Origin: a virus
DNA: 64,000 nt
Virus record (IMG/VR): IMGVR_UViG_3300042396_000450
Span: 47,624 to 111,623 of that record
Reading direction: 5' to 3' (one strand)
A program made the position numbers and the translations under genes. Positions 63,636 through 64,000 of this stretch are shown piece after piece. Position 1 is the first letter of the stretch. Each line of letters opens with the position of its first letter. The notes under the pieces were generated by a model, which ran no database searches, was not told the origin of the DNA, and worked only from the letters and a program-made list of their open reading frames with translations.

Positions 63636-64000
63636 TTATTTCAATTTACTGCACATAGCACTACATACAACCCGAAAACCGAAGTTGCCGATGCGGTAGT
63701 CGAGATCGTTGTCGTAGCGAAAAGCAGAACGGCAATTAGCAGGATAGTTGAACCACGAACCACCGCGCAGCAGCTTTCTATTACTACTCTCTTCATTATC
63801 TAGCCATGCGCTACCATCTGTTGGCGCACCTTTATAGTTACTATGCCAACTATCTTGACACCACTCCCATACATTGCCGTGCATATCATATAAACCAAAG
63901 GCGTTGGGCTGAAAAGTTCCTACTGGAGTTGTTCTTCCTCGATATTCTCCCTTGGGGGCATTACCATAGGTGTAGTTACCATCATAGTTTACCTCATTTG
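63636..64000 (-). CDS. FGE-sulfatase (C-type lectin fold) domain protein, C-terminal part; DGR target-like
   Basis: Frame is open to the window edge: [46 protein letters not shown]...RGGSW...CRSA.R...GFRVV. Confidence 0.9.
   Translation of the reverse strand, partial: NEVNYDGNYTYGNAPKGEYRGRTTPVGTFQPNAFGLYDMHGNVWEWCQDSWHSNYKGAPTDGSAWLDNEESSNRKLLRGGSWFNYPANCRSAFRYDNDLDYRIGNFGFRVVCSAMCSKLK

Noticed and set aside
1-64000. CRISPR array, tRNA genes, integrase or transposase
   Set aside because: No regularly spaced repeats, T-loop/cloverleaf signatures or recombinase/transposase motifs recognised by eye

Overview
64 kb of an AT-rich (about 30% GC by eye), densely coding large tailed dsDNA phage genome. 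The host is probably a cyanobacterium, inferred from a cyanobacterial-type FGE-sulfatase gene. A + strand virion block (tail-fibre-like protein, LamG protein, DUF935-type portal; 473-6438) is followed by a long, mostly - strand region. That region encodes nucleotide metabolism (folA, thyA, dNMP kinase, class II RNR with a PduO-type adenosyltransferase, HD, MazG, CYTH), replication and recombination (split family-B polymerase, primase, helicase, SSB, RuvC, Sak4-like ATPase, exonucleases), tRNA/RNA repair (Rnl1, PNKP, Thg1, minimal GlyRS-like protein), ClpS, two tandem MoxR-AAA/VWA pairs and many small ORFs. Strongest unexplained signals: (1) the asymmetric 9-mer GTAAGAAAA occurs at least 52 times on both strands, mostly inside genes; (2) six small, mostly unrelated proteins share a C-terminal tag Y-x-D-I-L-[DNE]-x-L; (3) a ~400-nt multi-hairpin noncoding element at 62.98-63.37 kb; (4) a DGR-type variable repeat at the right edge with no TR or RT in the window; (5) four antirepressor-like proteins with swapped N-termini and a shared C-terminal domain; (6) several accessory ORFs broken by in-frame stops consistent with C-to-T erosion. 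All calls come from motif recognition by eye. No database searches were run.
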